Below, one piece after another: positions 40,750-51,490 of a stretch of 64,000 nt of DNA. Within the stretch, counting starts at the first letter, position 1. Each line of letters starts with the position of its first letter. The position numbers were made by a program, and so were the translations under genes. This DNA comes from an uncultured Verrucomicrobiae bacterium. GTDB lineage: Bacteria; Verrucomicrobiota; Verrucomicrobiia; Chthoniobacterales; JAFAMB01. The notes beneath the pieces were generated by a model, which saw only the letters and a list, made by a program, of their open reading frames with translations, did not search any database and was not told the origin of the DNA. Location of the stretch: NCBI GenBank assembly GCA_963813025.1, contig CAWEXO010000011.1, forward strand, positions 352,001 through 416,000, given 5' to 3'.

Positions 40750-41095
40750 AGCGATGCCAACGACCAAAAACCAAGCTTCCGCTGCCCGGCTGCAACTGCT
40801 CAGGCAGATTAGGCAATTGGCACAGGCGGCCATTTACGGATCGTTATCTGAGACTTATCGCCGATGTGGAAATCCAGACTGCCGCTGCCACCATGGCGGC
40901 CCTAAACACGGTCCACATTTATATATCAGCTATCGCGGAAAGACCGAAAAAACCACCGGCTACTATGTTCCCCACCATCTAGAGGCTCAAATCCGGCTGG
41001 GAGTCGACGCTTGGTCTCAACTTCAGGATCGTTTGCGCGAACTTGCCTCCTTAAACAAGGAGCGACTCATCGCGACCAAGGCGAAAAAAATTTAA
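40727..41095 (+). CDS. IS passenger protein, DUF6788-like, putative Zn-binding
   Basis: GSLSETYRRCGNPDCRCHHGGPKHGPH motif; stop codon lies in the right TIR. Confidence 0.75.
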   Translation: MSAVVVGEAMPTTKNQASAARLQLLRQIRQLAQAAIYGSLSETYRRCGNPDCRCHHGGPKHGPHLYISYRGKTEKTTGYYVPHHLEAQIRLGVDAWSQLQDRLRELASLNKERLIATKAKKI

Positions 41096-41194
41096 CCATT
41101 TCGCAACAGGCTTTAGCTAGCCGCCGATGTTCGGGTTCCTCCGGAAACATAGAACTGCTATTCGTCAGATTCTTAAATTGCGCTAGAATCGTTT

Positions 41195-42400
41195 ATGGGA
41201 AAACCGTTTATTCCAATCATGGCAATCGCAGCCATGGCAATGATGGGCGGTTGCGCCAGAAATACTATCCCTACCTCGAATCCAAGGCCGGGTTGGACCA
41301 AGGCACGATTGAATCGGGCATTAGTCGGCAGGCTCGCCCGGGCAAACGCTGAACAGCACCCGCTGATTAGCCCGCTAGGATCTGTTCCAAGCGCTCGGTT
41401 TCGAACCGACGCCCAGGTCCGCCAAGCCTTCATGCGCGGAATCGCCGAAGAACTCGAAGGAGGCAAATACGGCGAACTCGAGACCCAGTTTACCCGGTTT
41501 CATAAGCCCGGAGAAGAACTCAAGGACGGCAGCCGCAAAATCTGGCTTTACTTTGCGGCCTTCGAGCACAGAACTGCTTTCGCGCCGTCTCTGGAGGACG
41601 CCAAAACTTTCGTCCGAACAGCCGAAGACTGGACTAGAGCCAAGCCGACGGCAGTCGCAGCCCATCTCGCCCTTTGCAAGGCTTTGTTGGGAGAGATGAC
41701 CCAAATTCTTGAGCTCGCCCGAAAAGGAGCCTTGGACGCTAATGATCCCAAAGTCACCCGAGAGCTCACAGACCTTTTCGAGGAGTGTAAAGGCCAAGTT
41801 AACAGCCCGTTCGTCCTTCCGGCCTTCTACGCCGAGCCCGAATTTTATAACATTGGCCTTCAGCTCCTCGGCTGGACCGATGCTGACTTTGCCCAGATCG
41901 AAGCCGCGTTCAAAGAGGCATACATAGTCGATCCATCTTACGTACCGACATACCTGTGGGTAAGCAGCTGGCTTAACGGCAAAGGTCCCCGGCAGGAAGA
42001 CGCCCCCAAAGCTGCGGCGTGGCTCACCGAAACCCTCAAGCTTGATCCGACTGATCCAGAGGCGGTTCGGCAAAAGAAAATAATTGCTTACGCTCAAACG
42101 GTTGGCCTTTTGTCGGCCCATCATCAACTCGATCCTCAAGACCTCGATTGGTCGACTCTTAAAGTCGGCCTGTCCCAACTGGCCCAGACCCACAAAGGTT
42201 CGCTCGACTGGCCGAGCCGGTACCTCGAATTTGCCTACGGCTTCCAGGACGCCGAAGCGGCGAAGGAAGCATTGGAACTGACTCAAGGGAGCTACAGCTC
42301 TGACGTTTTTCAGGATCCCGTCGCCTTCCGCGACGTCAGCCGCTGGGCCGAGGAAGCTTCGAAGGAGAAATCCAAGCCCAATCCGAAAGCCAATCCCTAA
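41195..42400 (+). CDS. Hypothetical lipoprotein, DUF4034-like helical domain
   Basis: 401-aa ORF, MGGC lipobox-like site, W....P....A.LA segment; family call tentative. Confidence 0.6.
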   Translation: MGKPFIPIMAIAAMAMMGGCARNTIPTSNPRPGWTKARLNRALVGRLARANAEQHPLISPLGSVPSARFRTDAQVRQAFMRGIAEELEGGKYGELETQFTRFHKPGEELKDGSRKIWLYFAAFEHRTAFAPSLEDAKTFVRTAEDWTRAKPTAVAAHLALCKALLGEMTQILELARKGALDANDPKVTRELTDLFEECKGQVNSPFVLPAFYAEPEFYNIGLQLLGWTDADFAQIEAAFKEAYIVDPSYVPTYLWVSSWLNGKGPRQEDAPKAAAWLTETLKLDPTDPEAVRQKKIIAYAQTVGLLSAHHQLDPQDLDWSTLKVGLSQLAQTHKGSLDWPSRYLEFAYGFQDAEAAKEALELTQGSYSSDVFQDPVAFRDVSRWAEEASKEKSKPNPKANP

Positions 42401-42742
42401 ACCGCCTTGCCAACTGGATCTGCAAAACTCGAGGCCGCAACCAGTCGAACCACGAAAAGGGAGCAGCTCGCGCGAGATACAAGATCCGGATCCCGGGTTC
42501 GCTACCGCATGCCGCGTGCTTTAATCGAAAGCGACACTGAAGCTCTTTGTTACTTTCTACTTTTCCTACCACGGCAGGGAGCAGACACTCTCAGCATGAA
42601 GAAGTTGGAGAGCCCCAACAGAGGCAGCAACTAGCGACTGAATGTGCTTCCCCGCACTCTTGTTTATCTATGCGCAGTCGCTGGTTAAGCTAGAGGGAAG
42701 TTGCGAACTGCGTGGGAGCCATGCCCACGACGTTCGTGTATT

Positions 42743-43138
42743 TCACGGCTGATATTGTTCGTCGGCGACCTTCTCCATCCAGTCGACAGCCTTGCCGTTG
42801 AGCTGTTCTTGAATGGCGATGTGCGTCATGGCCGTGGTCGGTGCAGCGCCGTGCCAATGCTTCTCGCCCGGCGGGAACCAGATCACGTCGCCCGGCCGAA
42901 TTTCCTCAATCGACCCTTCCCAGCGCTGAACTCGGCCGCAGCCGGCCGTCACGATCAGGATCTGGCCCAGTGGATGCGCGTGCCAAGCTGTCCGAGCGCC
43001 GGGCTCGAATGTAACGCTGTTGCCAGCCGCGCGCGCCGGATCCGTTGCCTGGAACAGCGGGTCAATGCGCACGGTGCCGCTAAACCACTCGGCCGATCCC
43101 TTGCTGGAAGGTTGTGATCCATTTCTCTTGAGGTCCAT
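42743..43138 (-). CDS. Cupin-domain protein
   Basis: [26 protein letters not shown]. Confidence 0.9.
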   Translation of the reverse strand: MDLKRNGSQPSSKGSAEWFSGTVRIDPLFQATDPARAAGNSVTFEPGARTAWHAHPLGQILIVTAGCGRVQRWEGSIEEIRPGDVIWFPPGEKHWHGAAPTTAMTHIAIQEQLNGKAVDWMEKVADEQYQP

Positions 43139-43145
43139 TTTCCTC

Positions 43146-44254
43146 CTATATCAGCATTTCCGTCTCCGGATCGAACAGACAAGCCTTAGTCATATCTACC
43201 GCGAGCGTCACCGTCTCACCGACCGCAGGCGCTACGTTCGGTTCGAAGCGGGCGATAACCTCGCGGCCGTCGATGCGCACGATCACCATGGTCTCGGCGC
43301 CGGTTGGCTCGACTACTTCCACCGGGGCTTCGATCGTTCCGACAAAGGGATTTTCTCCTATTCGGCCGCGATCGTAGCGGACCAGGTTTTCCGGCCTTAA
43401 TCCCAGCACCACCGGACGGCCGTCACCAGCCGATGTGGCAGCTCCATCGGGAAGCGGCAGGCGCGTCGCTCTTCCTTCGCTTTCCGCCAACGTCACGGCC
43501 GCCGAACCCGAAACGGCATCTGGGCGGGCAGAAAGTTCATTGACGGCGAGCCCATGAAGCCGGCAACAAACATGTTGGCAGGCCGCTCGTAGACCGTCCG
43601 TGGCTCGGCAAATTGCTGCAGCTTGCCCTGATGCATGACAGCAATGCGGGAGGCGAGCGTCATCGCCTCGACCTGGTCGTGGGTGACGTAGATCGTGGTC
43701 TTCCCGAGCCGCTGATAAAGCTTCTTGATCTCGGTGCGCATCTCGACTCTCAGCTTGGCGTCGAGGTTGGATAGGGGCTCGTCGAACAGGAACAGCGCAG
43801 GGTCGCGCACGAGCGCCCTGCCCATCGCGACGCGCTGACGTTGACCACCGGAGAGTTGGGCGGGCTTGCGCCCGAGCAGGCTTTCGATCCGCAGCAGCCC
43901 CGCTACGCGTGCGAGGGCCTGCGCCTGTGCCTGCTTGGGCACGCCACGGCTCTCCATGCCGAAGGTGATGTTGCCCCGAACCGTCATCGTTGGATATAGC
44001 GCGTAGGACTGGAACACCATCGCGATGTCGCGATCCTTCGGCGGCACGTCGTTGACAACACGCTCGCCGATCCTGATCTCGCCGGCCGTGACGCTTTCGA
44101 GGCCTGCGATCAGGGCAAGTAAAGTCGACTTACCGCAACCTGAAGGCCCGACCAGCACCACAAATTCGCCCGCCTTCACCTCGAGATCGATGCCCTTCAG
44201 CACGGCGACGGAACCAAAGGATTTGTTGAGGTCGCGAATCGTCAGTGAAGCCAT
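43146..44254 (-). pseudogene. Sugar ABC ATPase (MalK/UgpC-like) split by 1-bp deletion near 43518 (possibly a sequencing error)
   Basis: [29 protein letters not shown] domain (LGLRPE, VVEPTGAET) in the adjacent frame. Confidence 0.85.
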
Positions 44255-44263
44255 TTCTAGCTG

Positions 44264-45157
44264 CTATTTGAGCGCACCCTGCGTCAGCCCGCGCAGAAAA
44301 TACCGGCCACCGAAGAAATAGACGAGCAGGGGCGGCAACGCGGCGATCAGCACGGCGGCGCTTTCCACATTGTATTGATGCACCGACGTTCCACCAGCGC
44401 TGAGGGCGATCAGCGCCGCGGTGATCGGCTGGTGGGTGCCTGAGGAAAAGATGACTGCGAAGAGGAATTCGTTCCAGATGTTGGTGAATTGCCAAATCAC
44501 GGTGACGATCAAGATGGACGGCGAAAGGGGTAGCACAATTTTCCGAAAAATCCGCCAGAAGCCGGCGCCGTCGATCCGCGCCGCCTTAATGAGATCATCA
44601 GGAATGTTAACGTAATAGTTGCGGCAGAACAGGGTCGTAAAGCTCAATCCCTGGACACAATGGATTAGCACCAGCCCGGCAGTGGTATTAGTCAGGCCGA
44701 GCCAACCCAGCACGCGCGCCCAAGGGAGAAGAACCATTTGGCCAGGCATGAAGACGCCAAGCGTGATGAGACCGAACAGAATTTCCGAGCCGGTGAAGCG
44801 CCACTTCGACAAGATGTAGCCGTTTACGGCGCCGATCGCAGTCGAGATGATGGTTGCCGGCACGACCATGGCAATCGAATTCCAGAAGAAAGGCTCGATC
44901 CCTTTACAGGTGCCGCCGACGCAGAATCTGTTCCAGGCCAGAGACCAGTAGTTCAGCGAGAAGCTGCGCGGCAGGCCGATCAAGCCGTTTCGGCTGATAT
45001 CGTTCAGATCGCGGAACGAGTTAAGTATCACGACGACGAGCGGCAGCAGATAATAGAGTGCAAACAGGCCGAGCAGCAGATAAACGACGAGTTTCGCCCG
45101 GTTGCGCTGCCAGGTGCCCGCCGCTCCGAGCGGATCATAGGAAACAACGTCAGGCAC
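44264..45157 (-). CDS. Carbohydrate ABC permease (MalG-like)
   Basis: LIKAARIDGAG EAA loop, WNEFLF. Confidence 0.92.
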   Translation of the reverse strand: MPDVVSYDPLGAAGTWQRNRAKLVVYLLLGLFALYYLLPLVVVILNSFRDLNDISRNGLIGLPRSFSLNYWSLAWNRFCVGGTCKGIEPFFWNSIAMVVPATIISTAIGAVNGYILSKWRFTGSEILFGLITLGVFMPGQMVLLPWARVLGWLGLTNTTAGLVLIHCVQGLSFTTLFCRNYYVNIPDDLIKAARIDGAGFWRIFRKIVLPLSPSILIVTVIWQFTNIWNEFLFAVIFSSGTHQPITAALIALSAGGTSVHQYNVESAAVLIAALPPLLVYFFGGRYFLRGLTQGALK

Positions 45158-46097
45158 GGCCGGCCTCCCGGCGCTGAAGCCAATTGGACCAGATCGTATA
45201 GGGCACGAGCACGAGCGACAAAGCGAGAAGGATCATGATCGCCGCAGCGGCTCCCTCGGCCATCTGGCCCCGCTGAAACATGAGATCATAGACATAGATT
45301 GCCGGCACCGTCGTGGCGATGCCGGGTCCGCCTCCGGTCAACGCAAGGACCAGATCGAAGGTCTTGATGGCGAATTGTAGAAGTACCACCAGCACGGCAA
45401 CGAAGATAGGTCCGATCGCCGGCAGGATGATGCGCCGATAGATCCGCGGCATGCTGGCACCATCCACTTGTGCCGCCTTGATGAGGTCTGGATCGATCGA
45501 GCGCAGGCCGGCCAGAAACAGCGCCATCACGAAGCCGGACGCCTGCCAGATACCAGTGATCACCACGGTGTAAATCGCCAGCTCGCGCTGCACGATCCAA
45601 TCGAACCGGAAGCTCGCCCAGCCCAGATGACGGATCACGCTCTCGATCCCGGTCGACGGGCTGAGCAGCCAGCGCCAGACCGTGCCCGTTACGACGAACG
45701 ACACCGCCAGTGGATATAGATAGGTCGTACGCCACAGGGCCTCGGCGCGAACGCGCTGATCGATCAGGATCGCGAGGGTGAGCCCGAGCGCCGTCGCGCC
45801 GACCACATAGAGCGAGCTGAACAGAAAGAGGTTTGTATATGCGATGCTCCAGATCCGGTTGCTCCATAATTCGGCGTAATGATGGAAGCCGACCCAGGAA
45901 TAATCGGGCAGCAGGGTGGAGTTCGATAGCGAGATCCAGATCGTCCAGCCGCAAAAGACGAACACATAGACAAATGTGGCTAGCAGCGATGGCGCAAGAA
46001 CGAGTTGCGGCAAGATCGCCGTTAACCGGTCGCGGAGCCGGCGCTTCTGATCCGGTTCGGCTCTAACCGACCTCACTGTCACAGGCTCTACGACCAA
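45150..46097 (-). CDS. Carbohydrate ABC permease (MalF-like)
   Basis: LAGLRSID..LIKAAQVDGA, KTFDLV..LTGGGPG. Confidence 0.92.
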   Translation of the reverse strand: MVVEPVTVRSVRAEPDQKRRLRDRLTAILPQLVLAPSLLATFVYVFVFCGWTIWISLSNSTLLPDYSWVGFHHYAELWSNRIWSIAYTNLFLFSSLYVVGATALGLTLAILIDQRVRAEALWRTTYLYPLAVSFVVTGTVWRWLLSPSTGIESVIRHLGWASFRFDWIVQRELAIYTVVITGIWQASGFVMALFLAGLRSIDPDLIKAAQVDGASMPRIYRRIILPAIGPIFVAVLVVLLQFAIKTFDLVLALTGGGPGIATTVPAIYVYDLMFQRGQMAEGAAAAIMILLALSLVLVPYTIWSNWLQRREAGRA

Positions 46098-46145
46098 TCG
46101 TTTGCCCTTTCTCCGGCTTACGGGTACGGCTTGGCTCCTGCAGCG

Positions 46146-47423
46146 TTATTGCTGCGCCTCGACGGCATCGGCCAATCGCTTGGCCGCATCAGTAGCCGAC
46201 AGACTGGGGGTGTTGACGAATTCGGTGATCACTTCCATCGCCGCGCCCCGGTACTTCTGCAGGATGGTCATGTTGTGAGCAAAGCTGCGCACCAACGTGC
46301 CTGCCTTGATGGCGGCTTCCAGGTCCTTCTCCGACTTTTGCTGGCAAGGATTGAATCCATTACTTAGATCGACGTCGAGCCTGGCCGGAATCGAGCCCTT
46401 TGCCTGGTTAAAGATCGTCTGGAACTCTTTCGTCATGATGAGATGAGCGAGAAGCTTCGAGCCGGCCAGATATTCGGGGTCCTTCTGCTGGAAAAAGACG
46501 ACAGAATCGCTGTTGAGAATGAAGCCCGGTTTGCCATTTTCGACCGGAGCCTGACCGCAGAGATAGTCGACACCCTCCTTGAACCCGCCCGCATTAAATG
46601 TGCCGATCGACCAGTCGCCCATGAAGAAGAAGGCAGCCTTGCCGGTGAGCATCATGTTGGCCGCCGCGTCCCAGGTGCGCCCGGCAATGCCCGGATCCAT
46701 CCAGTTAATCATTTTCCGGTATTGCTCAAATGCCGCAACCATGCCCGGGCTGCGCATCGCGTCCGTGTTGCCTTCGACGAAAGCCTTGCGGAAGAGGTCC
46801 AGATCCGTGCCGTAGACGACGATCTCGAAGGTCGTGGCATCGGTCCAATCGGCGCTGCCATGCGCGATCGGAATAATGCCCGCAGCTTTCACCTTCTCGG
46901 CATCGGCATTGAACTCAGCCCAGGTCTTGGGCATTTCCGTGATGCCTGCTTTGTCTAAAGCCTTCTTGCTGGCCCACAGCCAATCGATGCGGTGGATATT
47001 CATCGGTACGGCGACCCAGTGACCCTTCGGTTTCATCACCGGCAGAAGCTCGGGGGCAACGACTGCGTCCCAATTTTCCTTTTTGGCGATTTCGTCGAGA
47101 TCGAGCGTCTTGCCAGTGGCATTCCACTCGGCAATCTCGGGGCCTTTCAGCTGCACTGCAGGCGGTGGATTACCGGCAACGACGTCGGCACGAAGCTTAG
47201 CGAGCGTGTTGGCGGTGTGGCCGGCAATGGATGTCGATTCCCATTTGCCGCCCGCCGCAGTGAACATCTCACCGAGCTTAGCGATCGCCGCCGCATCGGA
47301 ACCATTGTCCCATTGCGAAAGCAGGTTGGTCTTAGGTACGGCGTACAACGGCCCGGCCGACAGCAGCCCAAATGTCAACGAAACAACGGCCACCGTAGCA
47401 GTGGCGTAACGTGTAATACACAT
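46146..47423 (-). CDS. Sugar ABC substrate-binding protein (glucose/mannose type)
   Basis: Signal peptide; VAVPMNIHR, MGDW, KGSIPAR. Confidence 0.9.
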   Translation of the reverse strand: MCITRYATATVAVVSLTFGLLSAGPLYAVPKTNLLSQWDNGSDAAAIAKLGEMFTAAGGKWESTSIAGHTANTLAKLRADVVAGNPPPAVQLKGPEIAEWNATGKTLDLDEIAKKENWDAVVAPELLPVMKPKGHWVAVPMNIHRIDWLWASKKALDKAGITEMPKTWAEFNADAEKVKAAGIIPIAHGSADWTDATTFEIVVYGTDLDLFRKAFVEGNTDAMRSPGMVAAFEQYRKMINWMDPGIAGRTWDAAANMMLTGKAAFFFMGDWSIGTFNAGGFKEGVDYLCGQAPVENGKPGFILNSDSVVFFQQKDPEYLAGSKLLAHLIMTKEFQTIFNQAKGSIPARLDVDLSNGFNPCQQKSEKDLEAAIKAGTLVRSFAHNMTILQKYRGAAMEVITEFVNTPSLSATDAAKRLADAVEAQQ

Positions 47424-47544
47424 CGCTTTCTTTCTATGGAGCAGCCCGATTTTCTCGGGCGCGGGGTTAATTTATTCCGGGGGTGGTAAACAACGGGTTA
47501 TCAGTTAAGGGTGCAGATCAGGAAAAGCAATACTTAATCGGGCG

Positions 47545-47678
47545 AGTCTTGATTGAAGCGCGATACGAAGGGTATCGCGCACCGTGTAGGCCGTTTCCAG
47601 GAGGATGATTGCTCCCGGTTCCTAATCGCCGCGACAACGTGCCCTCAGCAACAGCGCCTGAGTCCCGAGAATGTCTGG
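47545..47678 (-). pseudogene. Possible C-terminal relic of a LacI-family regulator
   Basis: Minus frame PDILGTQALLLRARCRGD*EPGAIILLETAYTVRDT resembles LacI C-termini; weak. Confidence 0.3.
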
Positions 47679-47726
47679 TCACAGCGCTTTTTGCTCTTCC
47701 GCGGCCAATTCAGGCAAGGAGCGTCA

Positions 47727-47952
47727 TGGAGTGCGTGCGACTTGTCGCCGCTTTGAGACCGCGTGAAGCCCGGCCACTAACTAGGCGGGTTCTTTTCGCC
47801 GGGGGAGAACGCACCCTACCCGGACGGAGGCGAGAACGCGAGCACCAGTCGCGGTTCGCCATCAACCGGAATAATTCTGTTGGGATCAATGGCAACATTG
47901 CTGATAGAAGCGTGCCTTGGGCAGAGCGGCGACAAGTCGGCCGCACGCCAAA
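47727..47952. repeat. Inverted pair of REP-like palindromes (GGAGTGCGTGCGACTTGTCGCCGCTTTG / CAGAGCGGCGACAAGTCGGCCGCACGCCAAA)
   Basis: Arms at 47727-47755 and 47922-47952 enclose a GTAG-type unit at 47801-47820. Confidence 0.7.
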
Positions 47953-48009
47953 ATTTACCAGTCGCAATTGCCGTTGCGAATGCCTTCCCACGCGGCTATC
48001 TCTTCAATC

Positions 48010-49050
48010 ATGGAGGTCCTGCAAACCCTGGCGGTCGGCTTAGGCTTGGCTGCCCTGTCCGGTTACAGCCTCTATCTGACCGTCTTTGCGACCGGGATGG
48101 CGATCCATTTTCACTGGATCACGCTGGCCCCGCAGTTTTCTTCGTTGTCCGTTCTCAGCCATCCACCGATCCTGGTGATTTCCGGTATCCTGTTTTTCCT
48201 GGAGTTCTTCGCGGATAAGATCCCCTGGATCGATTCGATCTGGGATGCGGTTCACACCCTTATTCGTCCGATCGGAGGAGCTCTCCTGGCGATTCAAGCG
48301 CTCGGCCATCCTTCGCCGGAATTTGATGTCGTCGTTGGTCTTCTGGCCGGTTCGGTGACATTCGCCGCCCACAGTCTCAAGGCCGGGACTCGTTTGATCG
48401 TCAATCAGTCTCCTGAACCGTTTTCCAATATCGGGGTCAGCCTCGGCGAGAATTTGATGGTTTTCGGAGGGCTCGCCCTTTTGTGGACTCATCCGGTGAT
48501 CGCTTTTGTGGCGCTGGTGATCTGCTTCACGCTCGCTCTCTTCCTGCTGCCCAAACTCTGGCGGGCGGTCCACACCAAGGTCTTTTTTATTGTGCGCAAA
48601 CTGAGCCAACCGGCCGGAATCAGCTCACCGTACCACCTAGCCAATCATCTGCCCGGCCGTTATGAGCAAGTTTTTCGAAGACTGACCCGATCAAAATCGA
48701 CGATCGTCTGGGCCGAGTATTGCGTCTCGGCCAAAGGGAAGCATCTCCCGCCTGATCGATTCGGTTATCTGGCCGCCACAGTCGAGGAACCGGGCAAGCT
48801 CTACTTCATCAGGCGCACCTGGCTTCCGGGTTCGGGCAGGCTGTTCGAGATCGAGGACTTTCACGCGACCGCGGAGCCGCGTTTTCTTTTCGATGAACTG
48901 GTGCTGGCCAGCAGTGCCAGCCCAATCCGGTACATCTTCCAATTTGACCGGAGCAGGCCGGGTATCGCCGAGAAAATTGTCTCTGATCTGCAAAACCGGA
49001 CATCGGTGCCCCTCGAGCCCTCACCGCAGCTAACCGATAGTCGCGGATAA
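48010..49050 (+). CDS. DUF4126-family membrane protein
   Basis: GLAALSGYSLYL, EFFADKIPWIDSIWD.VHT.IRP, SPEPFSN. Confidence 0.88.
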   Translation: MEVLQTLAVGLGLAALSGYSLYLTVFATGMAIHFHWITLAPQFSSLSVLSHPPILVISGILFFLEFFADKIPWIDSIWDAVHTLIRPIGGALLAIQALGHPSPEFDVVVGLLAGSVTFAAHSLKAGTRLIVNQSPEPFSNIGVSLGENLMVFGGLALLWTHPVIAFVALVICFTLALFLLPKLWRAVHTKVFFIVRKLSQPAGISSPYHLANHLPGRYEQVFRRLTRSKSTIVWAEYCVSAKGKHLPPDRFGYLAATVEEPGKLYFIRRTWLPGSGRLFEIEDFHATAEPRFLFDELVLASSASPIRYIFQFDRSRPGIAEKIVSDLQNRTSVPLEPSPQLTDSRG

Positions 49051-49075
49051 CCGATAGCCGATAGCCAATAATTGA

Positions 49076-49193
49076 TGACACTGGCACTCGCACTGACACT
49101 GGCACTCGCACTGACACTGGCACTCGCACTGACACTGGCACCGGCATTCGCACTGGACTAGCACTGGACTAGCACTGGACTAGCACTGGACTA
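49076..49193 (+). repeat. Tandem arrays (TGACACTGGCACTCGCAC)x3.7 and (GCACTGGACTA)x4
   Basis: Read directly; ends at the IS630 TA target. Confidence 0.92.
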
Positions 49194-50317
49194 GTGCCTA
49201 ATTGCGTAAGTTAGTTATATGTATGGCGACTTTCCCCTGATGTACCTGGGATTTGGTCCATTCGAAGGGAGCCGCATTGTTATTGTAGTTCTTGATGAAG
49301 GTGTCGATGGCGTTGCGCAGCTCTGCCACGCTGGTGAAGTTTGCCCCCTGGAGGGCTTGGCGGCTCAAGATACTAAACCAGATCTCAATCTGGTTGAGCC
49401 AAGAAGCGTGGGTTGGAGTGAAATGAAAATGCACATTGGGGTGAGCCTTCAACCAGCGATCTTGCTTTGGCTTATGGGTCGCAAGGTTGTCTAAGACCAC
49501 ATGAATTTCTTTGTCGAGATTTCCGGCAACTACCTGGTTCATAAACTCCAGGAATTCCCGTCGGCGCTGGCGCCGGTAATGACCAGCCTGCACTTGGCCG
49601 CTGGCAATGTTGAGGGCGGCAAAGAGAGTGGAGGTGCCATGGCGCTTGTACTCGTGGCTAAAACCCGTCAGCGCCCTGCCATTGGGCAAGCGAATCCAAC
49701 CTTGGGCTCTTTCCAGGGCTTGAATGGCTGGTTTTTCATCAATGGCCAAGATGAGCGCATTCTGGGGCGGATTGAGATAAAGACCGACAATGTCAGCGGC
49801 CTTGCGCACAAACTCCGGATCGGTGGAAATGCACCAGCTGCGGCGCCGTTCCAATTCAATGCCTTGTTGGCGCAAAATGCGCCAGACTTGATCGGAGGAA
49901 ACATCGGCCAGACTCTGCGCCAGCAGTCGCCCATTCCAGCGCCCGTAGCCCGCCGGTGGATCTTCATCCAGCAGCGCCAAGACCCGCTTGACCGTCATTT
50001 GATCATACTTGGCCGGCTTTCCACTGCGTGGCGCGTCTTCCAAGCCAGCCAGGCCTTGGCGCACAAAGCGCCGCCGCCATTTACTCACCGTCACCTCGGG
50101 AATGCGCAGGCTCTTGGCAATCGCACGTCCACTCAAGCCCGCTGCCGCCTTCAAGATAATCTGACTCCTGACCTTGAGCCGGTGTTCGACCCGTTGCGCT
50201 CGACTCCAACCCTCCAAGAGCTTGCGGTTTTCCACAGAAAGTTTGATGCGACCCGTTGCCATCCATCCAACAAATCATAATTTTTCATAAATATAAAGAA
50301 CTAAAGCAACTAAGTAC
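49194..50317 (-). mobile_element. IS630-family insertion sequence
   Basis: Imperfect TIR (14/19), TA duplication inside CTAG at both ends. Confidence 0.88.
49198..50262 (-). CDS. IS630-family DDE transposase
   Basis: IDEKPAIQAL, LDNLATHK, FTPTHASWLNQIE. Confidence 0.95.
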   Translation of the reverse strand: MATGRIKLSVENRKLLEGWSRAQRVEHRLKVRSQIILKAAAGLSGRAIAKSLRIPEVTVSKWRRRFVRQGLAGLEDAPRSGKPAKYDQMTVKRVLALLDEDPPAGYGRWNGRLLAQSLADVSSDQVWRILRQQGIELERRRSWCISTDPEFVRKAADIVGLYLNPPQNALILAIDEKPAIQALERAQGWIRLPNGRALTGFSHEYKRHGTSTLFAALNIASGQVQAGHYRRQRRREFLEFMNQVVAGNLDKEIHVVLDNLATHKPKQDRWLKAHPNVHFHFTPTHASWLNQIEIWFSILSRQALQGANFTSVAELRNAIDTFIKNYNNNAAPFEWTKSQVHQGKVAIHITNLRN

Positions 50318-50419
50318 TAGCACTGCCACTGGCCCCTGACTCCGGCGCGTCCCCCACGAGCGGAAGTAAAATAGGGAGTTGCGAAAAACAGGGGGTCGCG
50401 ACTATCTAATCCCCCTCAA

Positions 50420-51405
50420 ATGCATAGATCCTGTCTTTTGCCCCTTCTCGCGTTCGTCCTCTCGCCGTTTTTCGTTCTGCCGCAAGCACGCGCCAACGCC
50501 CATACCAAAGGCAGGCCGGTCGCTCCATTGACGTCCGATCTTCGGACTGGCGATTACGTTTGGCACCCTGAAGTCTCTCCAGCCGGGCCCGTGGTGCTGC
50601 TCGTAAGTCTGCCGGACCAAGTTTTGTCTGTCTATCGAAACGGCGTGCGGATCGGACGCTCGACCGTCAGCACAGGGAAAGCGGACAAAGCCACGCCAAC
50701 CGGTGTCTTCACGATCTTGCAGAAAAAGGTCGATCATACCTCCAGTATCTACAAAGGAGCCAAGATGCCGCACATGCAGAGACTCACTTGGAGCGGTGTC
50801 GCGCTGCATGCCGGGCATCTGCCGGGTTACCCCGCCTCAGCCGGATGTGTGCGTATGCCGGTTGATTTCGCGGCAAAGCTCTATTCGGTTACGACCAACG
50901 GAACCACCGTCATTATCACTGACGATAAGTCCGCTCCCCGCGACACTCTGCGACCTGGAGTGCTTTTTTCGAGCAAAGCTGGAAGGCCCGGAAAACCCTT
51001 GGCAGCTGGCAATTTCATCTGGCAGCCCGAGAGGCGCCAAAGGGACCGGTTTCGATTATCGTGAGTGGCTCTGACCGCGAGGTTTACGTTTATCGGAATG
51101 CCACGGAGATAGGCCGGGCGGCTTTCGGCCAACTGCGATCGAACAGGATCCCGGGCAGCCATGTTTACACGGCACTGGCAACGGTCGACCGGAGCGGGCG
51201 CCCCGGTTGGATGTCTACCGCCAGCGTAGGCGGAAAAGCGCCCGACCTCAAAAAGTTGGCCGACAGTCTCTCGCTGGCGCCAGCGTTCCTCGCTAACGTG
51301 CGAGGGCTAATCAGACCGGGCACGACGCTCGTTCTCACGAGTGCGCCGGTCAGCAGTAAGACGCAAAGCTCTGCCGGTTTCAACGTCCTCACTGCGAGAG
51401 GATAA
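50420..51405 (+). pseudogene. L,D-transpeptidase (YkuD family) split by 1-bp deletion near 51032 (possibly a sequencing error)
   Basis: STGK..ATPTGVF, ALHAG.LPGYPASAGCVRM; adding one A restores WQPEKAPKGPVSIIVS. Confidence 0.8.
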
Positions 51406-51445
51406 CCAAATAGCCAATAGCCGGTCGGGACATCGGTCATCGGCC

Positions 51446-51490
51446 ATTGATCATTGATCATTGATCATTGATCATTGATCATCGATCATC
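51446..51490. repeat. 7-bp tandem array (CATTGAT)n
   Basis: About 6 units between convergent genes, overlapping the LacI stop. Confidence 0.88.

Larger units (their letters stand above)
39196..41114 (+). mobile_element. ISNCY/IS5-like insertion sequence with passenger gene
   Basis: TIR AAAG(G/C)CTGTTGCGAAATGGTT (20/21 match); AGCT at both flanks. Confidence 0.88.

Noticed and set aside
47558..47580. 9-bp hairpin GCGCGATAC/GTATCGCGC as riboswitch or terminator
   Set aside because: No U-tract and no recognisable aptamer; insufficient support.
49076..49193. Possible CRISPR array
   Set aside because: Units are contiguous with no unique spacers, and no cas genes are present.
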